Below the pieces are notes generated by a model that had not been told where the DNA came from, did not search any database, and saw nothing but the letters and a program-made list of their open reading frames with translations. A stretch of 32,928 nucleotides of DNA from a virus (Duplodnaviria; Caudoviricetes): positions 1 to 32,928 of the IMG/VR virus record IMGVR_UViG_3300036778_000033. The stretch is one strand, 5' to 3'. The position numbers and the translations under genes are program-made. Shown here in pieces: positions 15,535-25,428 of the stretch. How positions within the stretch are numbered: position 1 is the first letter of the stretch; every line of letters starts with the position of its first letter.

Positions 15535-16072
15535 CGTCCTCCTTCGGCCAAATTTTGCCGTACTGATTACGGTCATCGGGGTCGGAAGGGTTAACGGCCA
15601 GCCAGACGCTACCGCGCTCCTCATCTGCACCAAAATAATCGTGGCCGAGGTATAGAGGCTGAATCCACTGAACGCCGCGCGCGACAATGCCATCAAATCC
15701 GAACAGGTAGGAGGTGTCACCATTGACCTGAATTTCTGGCGCGCCGATACATTCCGGCGCTATGCCAAATCGGTTTAAATCCAGCTGGCGCTCAACCTCT
15801 GCGGCGAGGTCTACTGCATCGATGTTCGCGCGGGGACGAGATGTAGGGATAACACAATGCGCGGTGAGCATGTATCGATGTTCGTAGCGCCCGGTGGTCT
15901 GTCTTGTGCCAGGGTGTGCATCTTCAAACTGAACAACGAGACACGGCTGTGCGATTTCCCGATCCCACACATCGTCATAACCCACGATTTCTATTTTATC
16001 GGTCAGCGACTGACGGAAAGCGTCAATCACCCGATCATAAAACTGACCTGGTGACTCAATTTTTACGCTCAT
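15494..16072 (-). CDS. Probable tail terminator/completion protein
   Basis: 192 aa between the Z-like gene and the spike; assigned by position and strand pattern (QPCLVVQFE). Confidence 0.6.
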   Translation of the reverse strand: MSVKIESPGQFYDRVIDAFRQSLTDKIEIVGYDDVWDREIAQPCLVVQFEDAHPGTRQTTGRYEHRYMLTAHCVIPTSRPRANIDAVDLAAEVERQLDLNRFGIAPECIGAPEIQVNGDTSYLFGFDGIVARGVQWIQPLYLGHDYFGADEERGSVWLAVNPSDPDDRNQYGKIWPKEDDESAVKNDAGTGT

Positions 16073-16075
16073 GGT

Positions 16076-16687
16076 TTACCTTATGTTTCGTTCGGCTGCC
16101 GCGAGGTTTCGCTCTTTCCCGGACCAGACATTTTTCCACGTAGCTGACTTAACCCGACCACGCAGATCGGTTTCAAAATGACGCAGAAAAATATCAGGAA
16201 TGCGGGCAAATAATTCGTCCTCAAGCGCCACGGTCATTTCGTCAGAAATGGGGACTGTCAGCTTTCGAATCGGGTAGGCACTTTTCCCGACACGCTGCAT
16301 CACTGATTTTTTCCCGTAAATCATCGATACGAATGCCCGTTCGTAATACGTGCCGCGAATCATCAGTCCGCCCTGTACCTTTTTAATCCCCCCGCGAAAC
16401 ATCGCCGGGTCGAGATTATTAAGGCCGAACCAAAATTTCATTTCTGCCATATTGGACGCTGACGGTTTCATGTGAGCCTGAACGCGTCGTTTAAGCCGCT
16501 TTTGTGCGCCGCTACCAAGTTTTAACCGGTCGCGCATCATACGCAGTGCCTGCTGCCTGACTGTTCCCTCCGTGCGCCGTTGAGCCCGGTGAAACGCCAG
16601 GCTAATGATGCGAGGTGACAGGTCAGAAAATAGCTGAATGATGCTGTCGAATTGCTGCTCATCAATATCCAGATAAAGTTCGCTCAT
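16076..16687 (-). CDS. Minor tail / neck protein (lambda gpZ-like)
   Basis: Highly basic 203 aa with AF...VMQRVGKSAYPI motif; follows the FII-like gene. Confidence 0.72.
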   Translation of the reverse strand: MSELYLDIDEQQFDSIIQLFSDLSPRIISLAFHRAQRRTEGTVRQQALRMMRDRLKLGSGAQKRLKRRVQAHMKPSASNMAEMKFWFGLNNLDPAMFRGGIKKVQGGLMIRGTYYERAFVSMIYGKKSVMQRVGKSAYPIRKLTVPISDEMTVALEDELFARIPDIFLRHFETDLRGRVKSATWKNVWSGKERNLAAAERNIR

Positions 16688-17082
16688 CAGCGCCCGAACC
16701 TCACACCTCGACCGTCAGGAAGTTGACTCTCTCCTGCCATCGTCAGCACGATAAGCGTTGTTGTTCTATCAGGGTAGTAAACCCCGCCGACCGATTTTTC
16801 CCCGGCTGGCGTCTGAACCTTTGCGCCTGCGATCAGGTTCTTGTCGATGCGGGCATTGAGCACTGTCAGCACACCGTGTTCAAACGAACCATTTAGGGGA
16901 CGGGAATTGCCGGTGTTATCGGGCTTGCCTGGTAACGTTGACAGCTCAGTGTCGTAAATCCCATGGGTGTGATACTCCCCTCCTGATTTCAGCTCGAATA
17001 TATACGGGGCTGACATCCGATCCATGATGATGTCATCAGCCCGGTGCATCGCGTCATCAAATAAGCTGTCAAAACCGCTCAT
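16687..17082 (-). CDS. Head-tail joining protein (lambda gpFII-like)
   Basis: FDSLFDDAMHRADDIIMDRM resembles the lambda FII N-terminus; synteny. Confidence 0.8.
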   Translation of the reverse strand: MSGFDSLFDDAMHRADDIIMDRMSAPYIFELKSGGEYHTHGIYDTELSTLPGKPDNTGNSRPLNGSFEHGVLTVLNARIDKNLIAGAKVQTPAGEKSVGGVYYPDRTTTLIVLTMAGESQLPDGRGVRFGR

Positions 17083-17084
17083 GG

Positions 17085-17531
17085 CTACGCCCTTTTAACC
17101 AGTTTGCTTTTCAGCAGCGTATTAAACAGAGACAGAGGAAGCTGTGCCGACTGCCCTTTTACGACAACCGGGACTACGGTCCCGTTATCGGAAATGGCAT
17201 TAACATGCAGCGTGGCCAGTGCTTCGAAGCGGGTCAGTTTGTCAGTCTGGCCTTTAACTGCCAAAGGGGGGGGGGTTGTGATTTTAGCCTGATCCTGTGT
17301 CACTGTAGTGGTTTCGGTGGACATCAGCCTTTCTTCGCCAGTAGTGCTATTCAGGGGCGTATTCTGGCCTGATTCGTCATCGTCAAATTCCTCATTCAGA
17401 TCCGCCACCTCTGCCAGCAGTTCAGTGCGTTTTCCTCTCAACTCGACAACAGTTCCACTGGTGACTGGCTCGCGTCCCAGCGTTTCAGCAAGTACCGCCA
17501 GCTCTTTCAATAAATCAGTTTTCTCAGACAT
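17085..17531 (-). CDS. DNA packaging chaperone (lambda gpFI-like)
   Basis: KTDLLKELAVLAETLGREPVTSGTVVEL and ALATLHVNA motifs; follows the major capsid gene. Confidence 0.8.
   Translation of the reverse strand: MSEKTDLLKELAVLAETLGREPVTSGTVVELRGKRTELLAEVADLNEEFDDDESGQNTPLNSTTGEERLMSTETTTVTQDQAKITTPPPLAVKGQTDKLTRFEALATLHVNAISDNGTVVPVVVKGQSAQLPLSLFNTLLKSKLVKRA
17169..17184. repeat. sopC-like palindrome inside the FI-like gene
   Basis: CGGGACTACGGTCCCG; its 14-bp core is the exact reverse complement of the 25536 core. Confidence 0.62.
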
Positions 17532-17553
17532 ATATACTCCAATAAAAAGCTAC

Positions 17554-17569
17554 CAGGACCGTGGCCCCG
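17554..17569. repeat. Degenerate sopC-like palindrome within a terminator-like hairpin
   Basis: CAGGACCGTGGCCCCG; 12 of 14 core positions match; intergenic between capsid and FI-like genes. Confidence 0.45.
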
Positions 17570-17595
17570 GTAGTGATTGCGAAGAAAAAGGAAAA

Positions 17596-18627
17596 TTAGC
17601 TAAGCTGGACGGATACGAATTCGTTCGGGTCCGGCAGCAGCATCAGTGGCGCGGACTGAATCATCGTAAACTCTGTTGCCGGGTCGCCCTCGGTCATCCA
17701 GTTACGTGGGAAGCGAGCGCCGCGATCAATACCGGCTTTTTGTGCAACCAAATCACGAATAGCGCCATAAGTACGGATGCCGCGAGCGCTGCTGTTGCCC
17801 ATCACCATCGTGTATTCCGGGAGCGCTTTTTGCTTCACGCCATTAACCTGCATCTGGCCGTTGTAAACGACAATCGACACATCGCCAAAATGGCCTTTAT
17901 AGCTGACGATTTTGCCGAGGTCTTTACACGCTGTTTCGAGTTCAGAATTAGAGCCACGACGGGTATCGAGCTTATCCTTAACTGCTTTGAACGAACGGAA
18001 TAGCGCCCATCCTTTCTGGTCAAAAACAATAAGGTCGATAACACCGGAAGCGTTTTCCGCATAGGCTTCGATATCATCGGTCGGGTCAAACGTTGCTTTG
18101 TCCTGTTCGCTCCATGCCGCCGCACCCGCCTGAATGATGTTATTTTCAGGAGCGCGGAGCATATCCACTTCCACCGGCTCAAACTGGTCACCCTGCATGA
18201 TGTATTTCCCGTGAACAACGGCATCGATACACTGTTTTTCTTCCACCTGCTGAATCGCCAGTTCTTCATCGCTCAGGTTTTGCAAAATGAGACGCTTACG
18301 GCGATATGACGGGTCTTTCAGTGCGCGGGGGTCTTCATCTGGTAACGCGCGGGGGGTCATGTCGATGTTTACTTCGTGTTTTGGTTTCACGTAACCCGGC
18401 TGGAATTGCTTCGTCAGCCCGCCGCGCGTGCGCAGGACCTTGCTGCCCACAGTCGGAGAGACATAAACCGCCATGTCCACATCGCCCGGAATTTCAGCCA
18501 GATCGACTTTTTGAGTAGAAAACAGATATGTTTCACGAAAAAACAGGCTCATAAACACCTGCTGGAACTTCATTTTTTTGCGCAGCACGTCAATCAGCTG
18601 CGTGGTGGTATAGGTTTCACCTGCCAT
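17596..18627 (-). CDS. Major capsid protein (lambda gpE-like)
   Basis: YTTTQLI, LFFRETY, MAVYVSP, PGYVKPKHEV, LDTRRGSNSELETA and TMIQSAPLM motifs. Confidence 0.97.
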   Translation of the reverse strand: MAGETYTTTQLIDVLRKKMKFQQVFMSLFFRETYLFSTQKVDLAEIPGDVDMAVYVSPTVGSKVLRTRGGLTKQFQPGYVKPKHEVNIDMTPRALPDEDPRALKDPSYRRKRLILQNLSDEELAIQQVEEKQCIDAVVHGKYIMQGDQFEPVEVDMLRAPENNIIQAGAAAWSEQDKATFDPTDDIEAYAENASGVIDLIVFDQKGWALFRSFKAVKDKLDTRRGSNSELETACKDLGKIVSYKGHFGDVSIVVYNGQMQVNGVKQKALPEYTMVMGNSSARGIRTYGAIRDLVAQKAGIDRGARFPRNWMTEGDPATEFTMIQSAPLMLLPDPNEFVSVQLS

Positions 18628-18639
18628 GATACTTCCTTT

Positions 18640-18661
18640 AAAAAAGGCCGCTTAGCGGCCT
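18640..18661 (-). terminator. Hairpin between the decoration and capsid genes
   Basis: AGGCCGCTAAGCGGCCTTTTTT on the minus strand. Confidence 0.55.
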
Positions 18662-18668
18662 GTGGTGA

Positions 18669-19010
18669 TTACTGTACGCTCAGCGCCGAACCGGCAAAGG
18701 CGTTGTATTTTTGAACATCCGTGACACCATCTGGCCACTTAATGTCCTCAATGCGCCAGGTGCCGCTTTTGTAAACGGTAATCAGCTCTTCTGTACCGTC
18801 TGCATCCAGCGCCAGTAGCGCGACGGCTGTTCCTGCGCTATTACCATCCCACGCAATCGCCGCGCCGGTGCCTGGGTCAGCCAGCGCTGTATCCAGCATG
18901 ATTGGCGTGAGTAATGGTGTGGCAGCGGTCAGTCCGCTGGCCATAACAGCGGTATAACGCGGGTCGCTGTTTGCACCCGGTTGAAAATGCTCAAAAGTAT
19001 CTTTAATCAT
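18669..19010 (-). CDS. Head decoration protein (lambda gpD-like)
   Basis: NSDPRYTA, TPLLTPIMLD, YKSGTWRIEDIKWP and AFAGSALSV motifs. Confidence 0.93.
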   Translation of the reverse strand: MIKDTFEHFQPGANSDPRYTAVMASGLTAATPLLTPIMLDTALADPGTGAAIAWDGNSAGTAVALLALDADGTEELITVYKSGTWRIEDIKWPDGVTDVQKYNAFAGSALSVQ

Positions 19011-19019
19011 GTCGGCTCC

Positions 19020-19400
19020 TTAGCACGGAATATCCAGTAAATCGTTATCGTTTTCACCGCTGCCTGTACTCGCTTCCAGAACACCTGGCGCTCCGTCCAT
19101 CAACGCATCAAGGGCTGTTTCTGAGCGCGCCTGCGCACTTGCCGGTGCGGTGGCCATAATGCGTTTTGCATCTTCCACGCTCATGCCCGCAGTTGCTGCC
19201 AGCGCTTTCGCCAGCTCGGAACGCCCAGCGGCTTCGTCACAGTTCATGATGTCCATCATGCGCTTGCTTTCTGCCTGTACTGCGGCCTGAAGCTGTTCTG
19301 CTGTTAACGTTGCAGCTGCGCTGGAATCAGGCTGATTCGTGTTGAGGTTTTCACCATTGGGCTGGTTTTCAGCTGTCGTAGTTGTGGGGGTTTTCGACAT
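19020..19400 (-). CDS. nu3: Scaffolding protein from an in-frame internal start (lambda Nu3-like)
   Basis: GGAGG-CACA-ATG inside the protease gene gives MSKTPTTT..., 126 aa, as in lambda C/Nu3. Confidence 0.78.
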   Translation of the reverse strand: MSKTPTTTTAENQPNGENLNTNQPDSSAAATLTAEQLQAAVQAESKRMMDIMNCDEAAGRSELAKALAATAGMSVEDAKRIMATAPASAQARSETALDALMDGAPGVLEASTGSGENDNDLLDIPC

Positions 19401-20321
19401 TGTGCCTCCGCTATTGCGTGTCGTGGTTTTACTGCCGATAGCGTCACGCATGTGAGCAATGGCATCAGTATTCAGGACCCGCTCATCAGCAAGCCCGACT
19501 TCCAGCGCTTCCGCGCCGGAATACACCGCCGCCTCCGTCGCCAGTACTTCTTCTGTGGTCATGTTGCTGTACTGCGATACTTTTTCGGCAAACATCAGCC
19601 TGGTTGCATCGATTCTTGACTGATAGCGAGCGCGTACATCATCCGGGAGTTTCTCAATGTTATTCCCGTCCACTTTTCGGGCTCCGCTATGCAATAGCGT
19701 GATTTCAACGCCCTGCCGCTCCAGCTGGCTCGCATAGTTGTAGTGTGCAAACAACACGCCGATGGAGCCGGTGCTGGCGGTTTGCGTGACAAGACGATGT
19801 GATGTGGCACTGGCGAGCAGCTGCCCGGCGCTACAGTTCATGTCATTAGCCATTGACCAGATAGGCTTTATCTCACGCATTCGGGCGATGTTATCGGCGC
19901 AATCAAACGCCCCGGCGACCATCCCGCCCGGTGTGTCCATGTCCAGCAAAATGCCGTCGATATCTGGGTCATTAACAGCAAGCCTGAGCAGGTTAGTAAT
20001 ATTGTTGTAACCCGTCATACCGGAATAGCTGCTGATGAAGCTGGCCTTGCTTACCAGCGTGCCGCTAACCGGGATGACGGCGATGCGACCCGATACCTGA
20101 TAGGGTTTTCGCGCTGCCGGTTGTTCACTGTCACTAAACATTGCCAGCTCAGTAGCAATCTGATCCCCGGTCAGCAATTCGCCTCCGGTATCACGCACTG
20201 CACCAATCCCCATTTGGCTGGCTAACGCGCAAAAGAAAACCCGCGCATAGGCGGGTTCAATCAGTAACGGCGAGTTAAACGCCAGGCTGGCAATGTGGGG
20301 CAAATTACGCAGCGATTGCAT
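19020..20321 (-). CDS. Capsid maturation protease, S49 family (lambda gpC-like)
   Basis: [50 protein letters not shown] and TGSIGV motifs. Confidence 0.95.
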   Translation of the reverse strand: MQSLRNLPHIASLAFNSPLLIEPAYARVFFCALASQMGIGAVRDTGGELLTGDQIATELAMFSDSEQPAARKPYQVSGRIAVIPVSGTLVSKASFISSYSGMTGYNNITNLLRLAVNDPDIDGILLDMDTPGGMVAGAFDCADNIARMREIKPIWSMANDMNCSAGQLLASATSHRLVTQTASTGSIGVLFAHYNYASQLERQGVEITLLHSGARKVDGNNIEKLPDDVRARYQSRIDATRLMFAEKVSQYSNMTTEEVLATEAAVYSGAEALEVGLADERVLNTDAIAHMRDAIGSKTTTRNSGGTMSKTPTTTTAENQPNGENLNTNQPDSSAAATLTAEQLQAAVQAESKRMMDIMNCDEAAGRSELAKALAATAGMSVEDAKRIMATAPASAQARSETALDALMDGAPGVLEASTGSGENDNDLLDIPC

Positions 20322-21888
20322 TTGCGTCCTCCTTGTTTGATTTGTTCAGCGTGTCGTTAAACACCTGAGCGGCCCATGCAGGTGGTTTGAGTCCTTCCTT
20401 TTTGCGGGCTTTCATTTCCAGCACCTGCTGCTGAAATACCTCTTCGTAATCCAGACCGCGCTTAGCGCATTCAATTTCATACGTGCTCAGCCCCGCCTCA
20501 ATCAACATCGCGGCTTCCTGTACCTCTTTAAGCCCGTCGATTGCCTGTCGGCCAGAGCCGATCCATTCACATTTTGACCAGGAGTTACGCGCCTCATGAA
20601 ATGCGAAGCGGGCTTTTGATGGCAGGCGTACCATCCCGCGCACAATTGCCTCTTCGAGCCAACAAATAAACATCTGGCTGGCCATGCGGGCGGCAATGAA
20701 TTTCCTGCGGCCCATAAAATAGGCCCAGGACTCATTGGCTGATGCGCGAATGGTTGAATAACTCATTTGCAGATAATTTCGGGATAACTGCTCGTTCGAT
20801 ACCCCAAGGCCTGCTGAAATGTTTCGCAATAGCGCGGCTTCCAGAGACGAGAACCCGTTATCCGCGCCCTGTGGTGTTTGCAGGTTGAGTGAGTCTCCCG
20901 GCGCAAGATGCGGTACCTTTACGCCACCCAGCTTTACCTGAGCGCCGGTGTAATAAGTATTGAGCGTCGAGATGAGTTTATTGAATCCCCCGCCTTTGCT
21001 CCCTTCCCCGGTTCCGAGAATGAAATCCATTGCACTTTCAGTATCGAGCTCACTTTCGATAGTTGCGGCATACATCGCCTTAACAATCGCGCTTTGCAGT
21101 TGCGTTTTTTGCAGCGTATCAAGCATTTTCATCTGCTCCATTACGCTGTAAAACTGGTTTGCCCCGCGTGTTTGCCCGTCTTCTTTTGGCTCAAAAACGT
21201 GGATCATTGCCGGACGGCCATTCGCTAATTCACGAGGAACATACTTCCACTGCTGCGCGGACCATGACGGGTAGGAATCATCGCTGACGTGATACCCCAG
21301 CGCGGCTCCCGCATTATTGAGACTTACGCCAGCTCGTAAATTTTGACTGTCCGACTGGCCCAGCGGATTACCGATACGCTTTGGGCTGACCATCTTGAAT
21401 TGCGTTCGGAATATGCGTCGGGTTTCTTTCTCCCAGCAGGGCTGGGTAAATAGCTCACCATTGAAAGCGTGGTTTGCCACCCCTTCCCGAACCATCATCG
21501 TGAAAGTGCGCTTACGCTCCGCATCGATATAGCAGTGATCGTCTTCTGCAAATTCCCACCAGGCATCTTCGACATCTCTGGCAAATGCTCTCGCGTCTTC
21601 CTGGCTGATGCCAAGATAGCGCCAGTTAGGCCGGTAACTCAGGCGAAAAAATGCGCCAACAACATGATCCTGATGTAACTGGATAGCGTTCGCGGCGTAA
21701 CCATTATTACGAACCAGGTCCTCTGCGCGAGCGTTACCCCGCTCAAGCGTCGGCAACAATGCTGCATCTGTGCTTTCCAGTGCAGGGTTCCAGTCAATCA
21801 TTTGACCACCGAATCCCGCGCCTCCGCCCTGGTATCCCAAGTATTCACGCAGAGGGGTAGTGCCGTCTAACCCCAGGAGTTGTTTCAT
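20305..21888 (-). CDS. Portal protein, lambda family (gpB-like)
   Basis: [39 protein letters not shown] and [10 protein letters not shown] motifs. Confidence 0.97.
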   Translation of the reverse strand: MKQLLGLDGTTPLREYLGYQGGGAGFGGQMIDWNPALESTDAALLPTLERGNARAEDLVRNNGYAANAIQLHQDHVVGAFFRLSYRPNWRYLGISQEDARAFARDVEDAWWEFAEDDHCYIDAERKRTFTMMVREGVANHAFNGELFTQPCWEKETRRIFRTQFKMVSPKRIGNPLGQSDSQNLRAGVSLNNAGAALGYHVSDDSYPSWSAQQWKYVPRELANGRPAMIHVFEPKEDGQTRGANQFYSVMEQMKMLDTLQKTQLQSAIVKAMYAATIESELDTESAMDFILGTGEGSKGGGFNKLISTLNTYYTGAQVKLGGVKVPHLAPGDSLNLQTPQGADNGFSSLEAALLRNISAGLGVSNEQLSRNYLQMSYSTIRASANESWAYFMGRRKFIAARMASQMFICWLEEAIVRGMVRLPSKARFAFHEARNSWSKCEWIGSGRQAIDGLKEVQEAAMLIEAGLSTYEIECAKRGLDYEEVFQQQVLEMKARKKEGLKPPAWAAQVFNDTLNKSNKEDANAIAA

Positions 21889-22091
21889 AGATGAAATCTC
21901 GCCGGTGGACGACGACCAGAGATACCCAGCTCATCCTCCAGCTCTTTAATGTATTTTTTCAGGTCAGCGGCACTGACGGCGGTATATTCAACCCGCCGCC
22001 CATCCTTTTGGATTGTTACTGCGCGTTTACCCATCATTAGCTCATGCAACGCCTTTTTTGCTTCACATAAATCGGCGCGTGTTGCCATCAA
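21885..22091 (-). CDS. Head completion protein (lambda gpW-like)
   Basis: [25 protein letters not shown] motif. Confidence 0.95.
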   Translation of the reverse strand: MMATRADLCEAKKALHELMMGKRAVTIQKDGRRVEYTAVSAADLKKYIKELEDELGISGRRPPARFHL

Positions 22092-24016
22092 CCACCTCCC
22101 AGTTGCTTTGCCAATTCAGCCAGTTCGCTCATCTGGTCTTTTTGTTTCCGGTGTTCACCATCTTCATGCTGACTTTCCAGCAGTTCATCTAGGTCAATCT
22201 GGAAGCGTGCCTTGCTGATTCGTAGTGCAGCCAGTGCATACACGCAGCAGTCCAGTGCTTCGTTACGTCGCCCTTTGTTGTCCCATAACAGGCGTTTTTT
22301 ACCTTTTTCTTCTTTCTCTGTCAGTTCTTCTGCTGTTAGCTGTTGGGCTTCTGCAAGGTCGAAAACCTCCGGGTTATTCGGGAGATGAATAGCACCGGGA
22401 CAGGGTTCCTCACCATCCGGGACCAGAGAAAGGCGATGGTATATCTGCTCTTTGGCTGTATCCGTGCCAATTTCAGTCAGATACACACCTTTTTTGTTTC
22501 GCTTACGCGGCATATCAGCAACGGGCTTGCCGTAAGTCGATGCACCCTTTATCGGGATAAGCCAGAACAAGCCGTGCATGCGGGAGCGCTTGTAAACAAT
22601 ATCCGGGTCGATACCCCCCGTATCCCAAGCAATACGCGATATACTGATTTCGGTGCCGTTTTCTCGCTGATAACGCCTGTGAATCACCTCATCAACACGC
22701 TGCAAGGTTTCTTCTTCATCGTGACGGCCCATAATGATAATGCGATCAATCAGCCAGGACTCTTCACCCGGCCCCCAACCCCACACACGCATTTCATAGC
22801 GGTCAAGCTGAGAATCAATGCCAGCTGTCAGATAAACAGCTCGCTCAGGCACCGCTGCGGCGTAGTGTTCCTTTCTTTCCACTATCAATTCAGCATCAGG
22901 GCGTTCGCCGACTTCTGGTGACCATGTTTCGCCAAGAGTGGTATTAACGAACGCCTTCATTTTGCTGGGGTCGCCAATTGCATCCTCAAAATCAGTGACG
23001 ATTTTTCCCCAAGTCGTAAATGGGCTGTAAGCGGTCCATACATGAAAAGTGACATTGCGGGGGGCAGGCATCCCCTCATCTGTGGAAGCATGCCAGGTAA
23101 TGCCATCCTCCGTCCATATGCCAGTGTTGTCGCAGATATACCGCGCCCCAGTGTAATCCAGCTCATGCTGGCGAATGACGCATCCGTTATGCTCGCAAAG
23201 ATAAAAGGCCGTCTCCGGCTGTCCTCGGTCCCATTTAAAACCGAATTCCGTTTCTTTATCTCCAAATTTTAAATATTGAGACTCACTGCAATGAGGACAG
23301 TTAATATGAAAACGCATTATATGAGATGACTCTTTTGCAGCCTTTTCCATCTGACACTTCCCTTTTATTTTCATCGTAGAACCACGAATGCTTTTGGGCC
23401 AGACGGAACCTTCAGTACGTTTATCGCCTAACTTAACCGGGTCGCCTTCACCCTCGATGTCAGAATCAAAGGAAGATAATTCGTCGTAAGCCACACCATC
23501 TACCGATTTTGCTCGGTAGTTCTTTGCAGACTTCCCACCAAGAACGCGGAGGCTCTTCCCATTGGAAAAACTTTTCAGAACAAGTGTGTTGTCTTTGTGC
23601 TTTTTTCCGTACCACGGAGCGAGTGCGAGCAACGGAGGGACATCACGAATGGTCGGCGTAACATCCACTTTCATAAAGTCTTTGGCATCATCGTCGGTAG
23701 GGAGCCAGGTAATAATGCTGCGTTGCTTATGAGCAATAAAATAAGCCTGAACCCCGAATAGCATTTTTGAATAGCCGACGCGGGCTGACTTCATCACATT
23801 AACTACTGTTATGTCGTCAGAACCCATCGCGTTAACAATGGCTTTTTGGAACGGAAGCGTTTCCCACTTTCCCTCTTGATAATTATTTTCTTTCGGTAGG
23901 TAATAACTGTCATCCATCCACTCTGCGGCGGTCATTTCTTTTGGCTTGAACAATACTGTGAGGCCTGAGCTTACTGCTTTCATAAGATTATTAATCTGTT
24001 CCGTTGATATATTCAT
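22088..24016 (-). CDS. Terminase large subunit (lambda gpA-like)
   Basis: [10 protein letters not shown] Walker A, AYDE Walker B, CPHC and RRNEALDC motifs. Confidence 0.97.
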   Translation of the reverse strand: MNISTEQINNLMKAVSSGLTVLFKPKEMTAAEWMDDSYYLPKENNYQEGKWETLPFQKAIVNAMGSDDITVVNVMKSARVGYSKMLFGVQAYFIAHKQRSIITWLPTDDDAKDFMKVDVTPTIRDVPPLLALAPWYGKKHKDNTLVLKSFSNGKSLRVLGGKSAKNYRAKSVDGVAYDELSSFDSDIEGEGDPVKLGDKRTEGSVWPKSIRGSTMKIKGKCQMEKAAKESSHIMRFHINCPHCSESQYLKFGDKETEFGFKWDRGQPETAFYLCEHNGCVIRQHELDYTGARYICDNTGIWTEDGITWHASTDEGMPAPRNVTFHVWTAYSPFTTWGKIVTDFEDAIGDPSKMKAFVNTTLGETWSPEVGERPDAELIVERKEHYAAAVPERAVYLTAGIDSQLDRYEMRVWGWGPGEESWLIDRIIIMGRHDEEETLQRVDEVIHRRYQRENGTEISISRIAWDTGGIDPDIVYKRSRMHGLFWLIPIKGASTYGKPVADMPRKRNKKGVYLTEIGTDTAKEQIYHRLSLVPDGEEPCPGAIHLPNNPEVFDLAEAQQLTAEELTEKEEKGKKRLLWDNKGRRNEALDCCVYALAALRISKARFQIDLDELLESQHEDGEHRKQKDQMSELAELAKQLGGG

Positions 24017-24494
24017 TTAATAATTTCGGAATAATATCGCCAGTTGTTGCAGCCTTATTTCTAGCTTTTATTATTTCGCCTTTTAGATACTTACTGTGCG
24101 CATTACTTAACCCTGGAAATTTTCGCTGATATGCCAGTGGAATTGTGTCCAAGATGCTGGCTATCTCACCAGCAACTTTGCTCAATACGAACGTGCAAAA
24201 ATCCGTGTCTACCAATAGTGAATCCTTCCGGGCATTTTCTCTTTCCTGATCGTCGGCCTGAGCTTTCAGTAATCGACGGCGCTCAATTTTTATGTCGTCA
24301 TCAAGCTGATCGCTTTCCTCGTCGTTTTTTTTTGAGTCATCCTGATGTAGCAATCGATTATCGAGAACGCTTCTGACATCATAAAAAACTTCACGCCCTT
24401 CTTTTTTAACTGGCTCAACGCCCCACTTGTCAAAGGCTTGAACAGAAATACCCAGGCTTGAGGCCATTTCCTTTTTGTTCAGGTAAACGCTCAT
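23991..24494 (-). CDS. nu1: Terminase small subunit (Nu1-like)
   Basis: LNKKEMASSLGISVQAFDKWG HTH and ERRRLLKAQADDQE; overlaps the large subunit gene; adjacent to cos. Confidence 0.93.
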   Translation of the reverse strand: MSVYLNKKEMASSLGISVQAFDKWGVEPVKKEGREVFYDVRSVLDNRLLHQDDSKKNDEESDQLDDDIKIERRRLLKAQADDQERENARKDSLLVDTDFCTFVLSKVAGEIASILDTIPLAYQRKFPGLSNAHSKYLKGEIIKARNKAATTGDIIPKLLNEYINGTD

Positions 24495-24516
24495 GATTTT
24501 GCCTTTGAATTGCGTT

Positions 24517-24665
24517 AGGTTGTTGTGTTTTCAATGTAACCTATTGTTTTTAAGTGCTTTAAAGGCGACAACTAAACAACAACCGTAAAATATGAAAATT
24601 TTCGTATATAGCGAGAGCGTGCGGGTCTAACGCCCCTCGGTGTTTTTAAGTGCCGGAAAGGACCC
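24517..24665 (-). other. cos site: cosQ, cosN (predicted 12-nt end GGGCGTTAGACC at 24624-24635) and cosB
   Basis: Minus strand GGGTCCT, 23 nt, GGGCGTTAGACC, CGCACGCTCTCGCTATATACGAAAATTTTC aligns without gaps to lambda GGGTCCT, 23 nt, GGGCGGCGACCT, CGCGGGTTTTCGCTATTTATGAAAATTTTC. Inverted GGTTGTTGT repeats flank an IHF-like site. Confidence 0.88.
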
Positions 24666-24768
24666 GAGCGATAATGATTGTCATTTGCGCTCGGCGTCGT
24701 CTTCACCTGCCTCACTGCCGTGGTCACGGTCTTGCAATGACCACACTCATGCCTTGAGTCTCTGTTAC

Positions 24769-25428
24769 TCAATAGCAGCAAAAACCCAGTTGGCTTCGTG
24801 ATGCTTTTAATAATTCCAACTGGCGTTTTACTTCCTCAAGCACATAGGGTTCTAATGGCAAATCTACATTGCAACTGATCACATTTTGAAGGGGGTTTGT
24901 GTCAATTTTTCTTTGAGTGAGTCGGTCAGTAAGCAGCATTTTTAGAACGTGGCATAGCTCAGCATTTGAATAAGTATTTTCAATACCGGTCATGTAGCGA
25001 TTAAGTTCGCGCGAACTAAAATCCAGACTGTCTATCTGCGCCAAAACTTCATTAACATGACGCTCTGTGGATGCCAAATCATCTTCACGCTTTTCTGTGA
25101 AAATAAATGCTGTACCAGTGCTCTCGTATGCCTCCAGCTTTTCCTGAAGTGATGGCGCGTCAGGGAATGCTTTAGCCCATTTCTTACTATTGAGTTCAAA
25201 ATCATCAATGAATAGACTAATTCCTGTGCGAATATTATTGCGATGTAAGTTAGCAAAATCCGTAGCTGACTGGTATGACCGCATATATTTCTTGCAGAAC
25301 TCAAGAGCTTCATCATGGAAGCCCATATAATAAGATTCAAAGCCATGACATTTGAATCCTTGCAGCATATTACTAAGTGTTGTTGTTCTTCCGCTGCGCG
25401 CCGTCATACTAATTTCAACTATCTGCAT
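24769..25428 (-). CDS. Hypothetical protein with degenerate P-loop motifs (moron-like)
   Basis: 219 aa, GAGG RBS, AT-richer than the head genes; ISMTARSGRTTTL and SLFIDDFE. Confidence 0.7.
   Translation of the reverse strand: MQIVEISMTARSGRTTTLSNMLQGFKCHGFESYYMGFHDEALEFCKKYMRSYQSATDFANLHRNNIRTGISLFIDDFELNSKKWAKAFPDAPSLQEKLEAYESTGTAFIFTEKREDDLASTERHVNEVLAQIDSLDFSSRELNRYMTGIENTYSNAELCHVLKMLLTDRLTQRKIDTNPLQNVISCNVDLPLEPYVLEEVKRQLELLKASRSQLGFCCY

Noticed and set aside
4252-16072. Tailocin or contractile injection system
   Set aside because: A complete head, terminase and cos module is attached, so this is a phage.
23218-23233. Possible extra sopC-like site (GCTGTCCTCGGTCCCA)
   Set aside because: Only one half matches and it lies in terminase coding sequence; compatible with chance.
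4448-23272. Many plus-strand and alternate-frame ORFs across the tail and head genes
   Set aside because: Shadows of well-supported minus-strand structural genes.
24572-24781. 69-aa minus-strand ORF
   Set aside because: Runs through cosQ/cosN/cosB and has no recognisable features.
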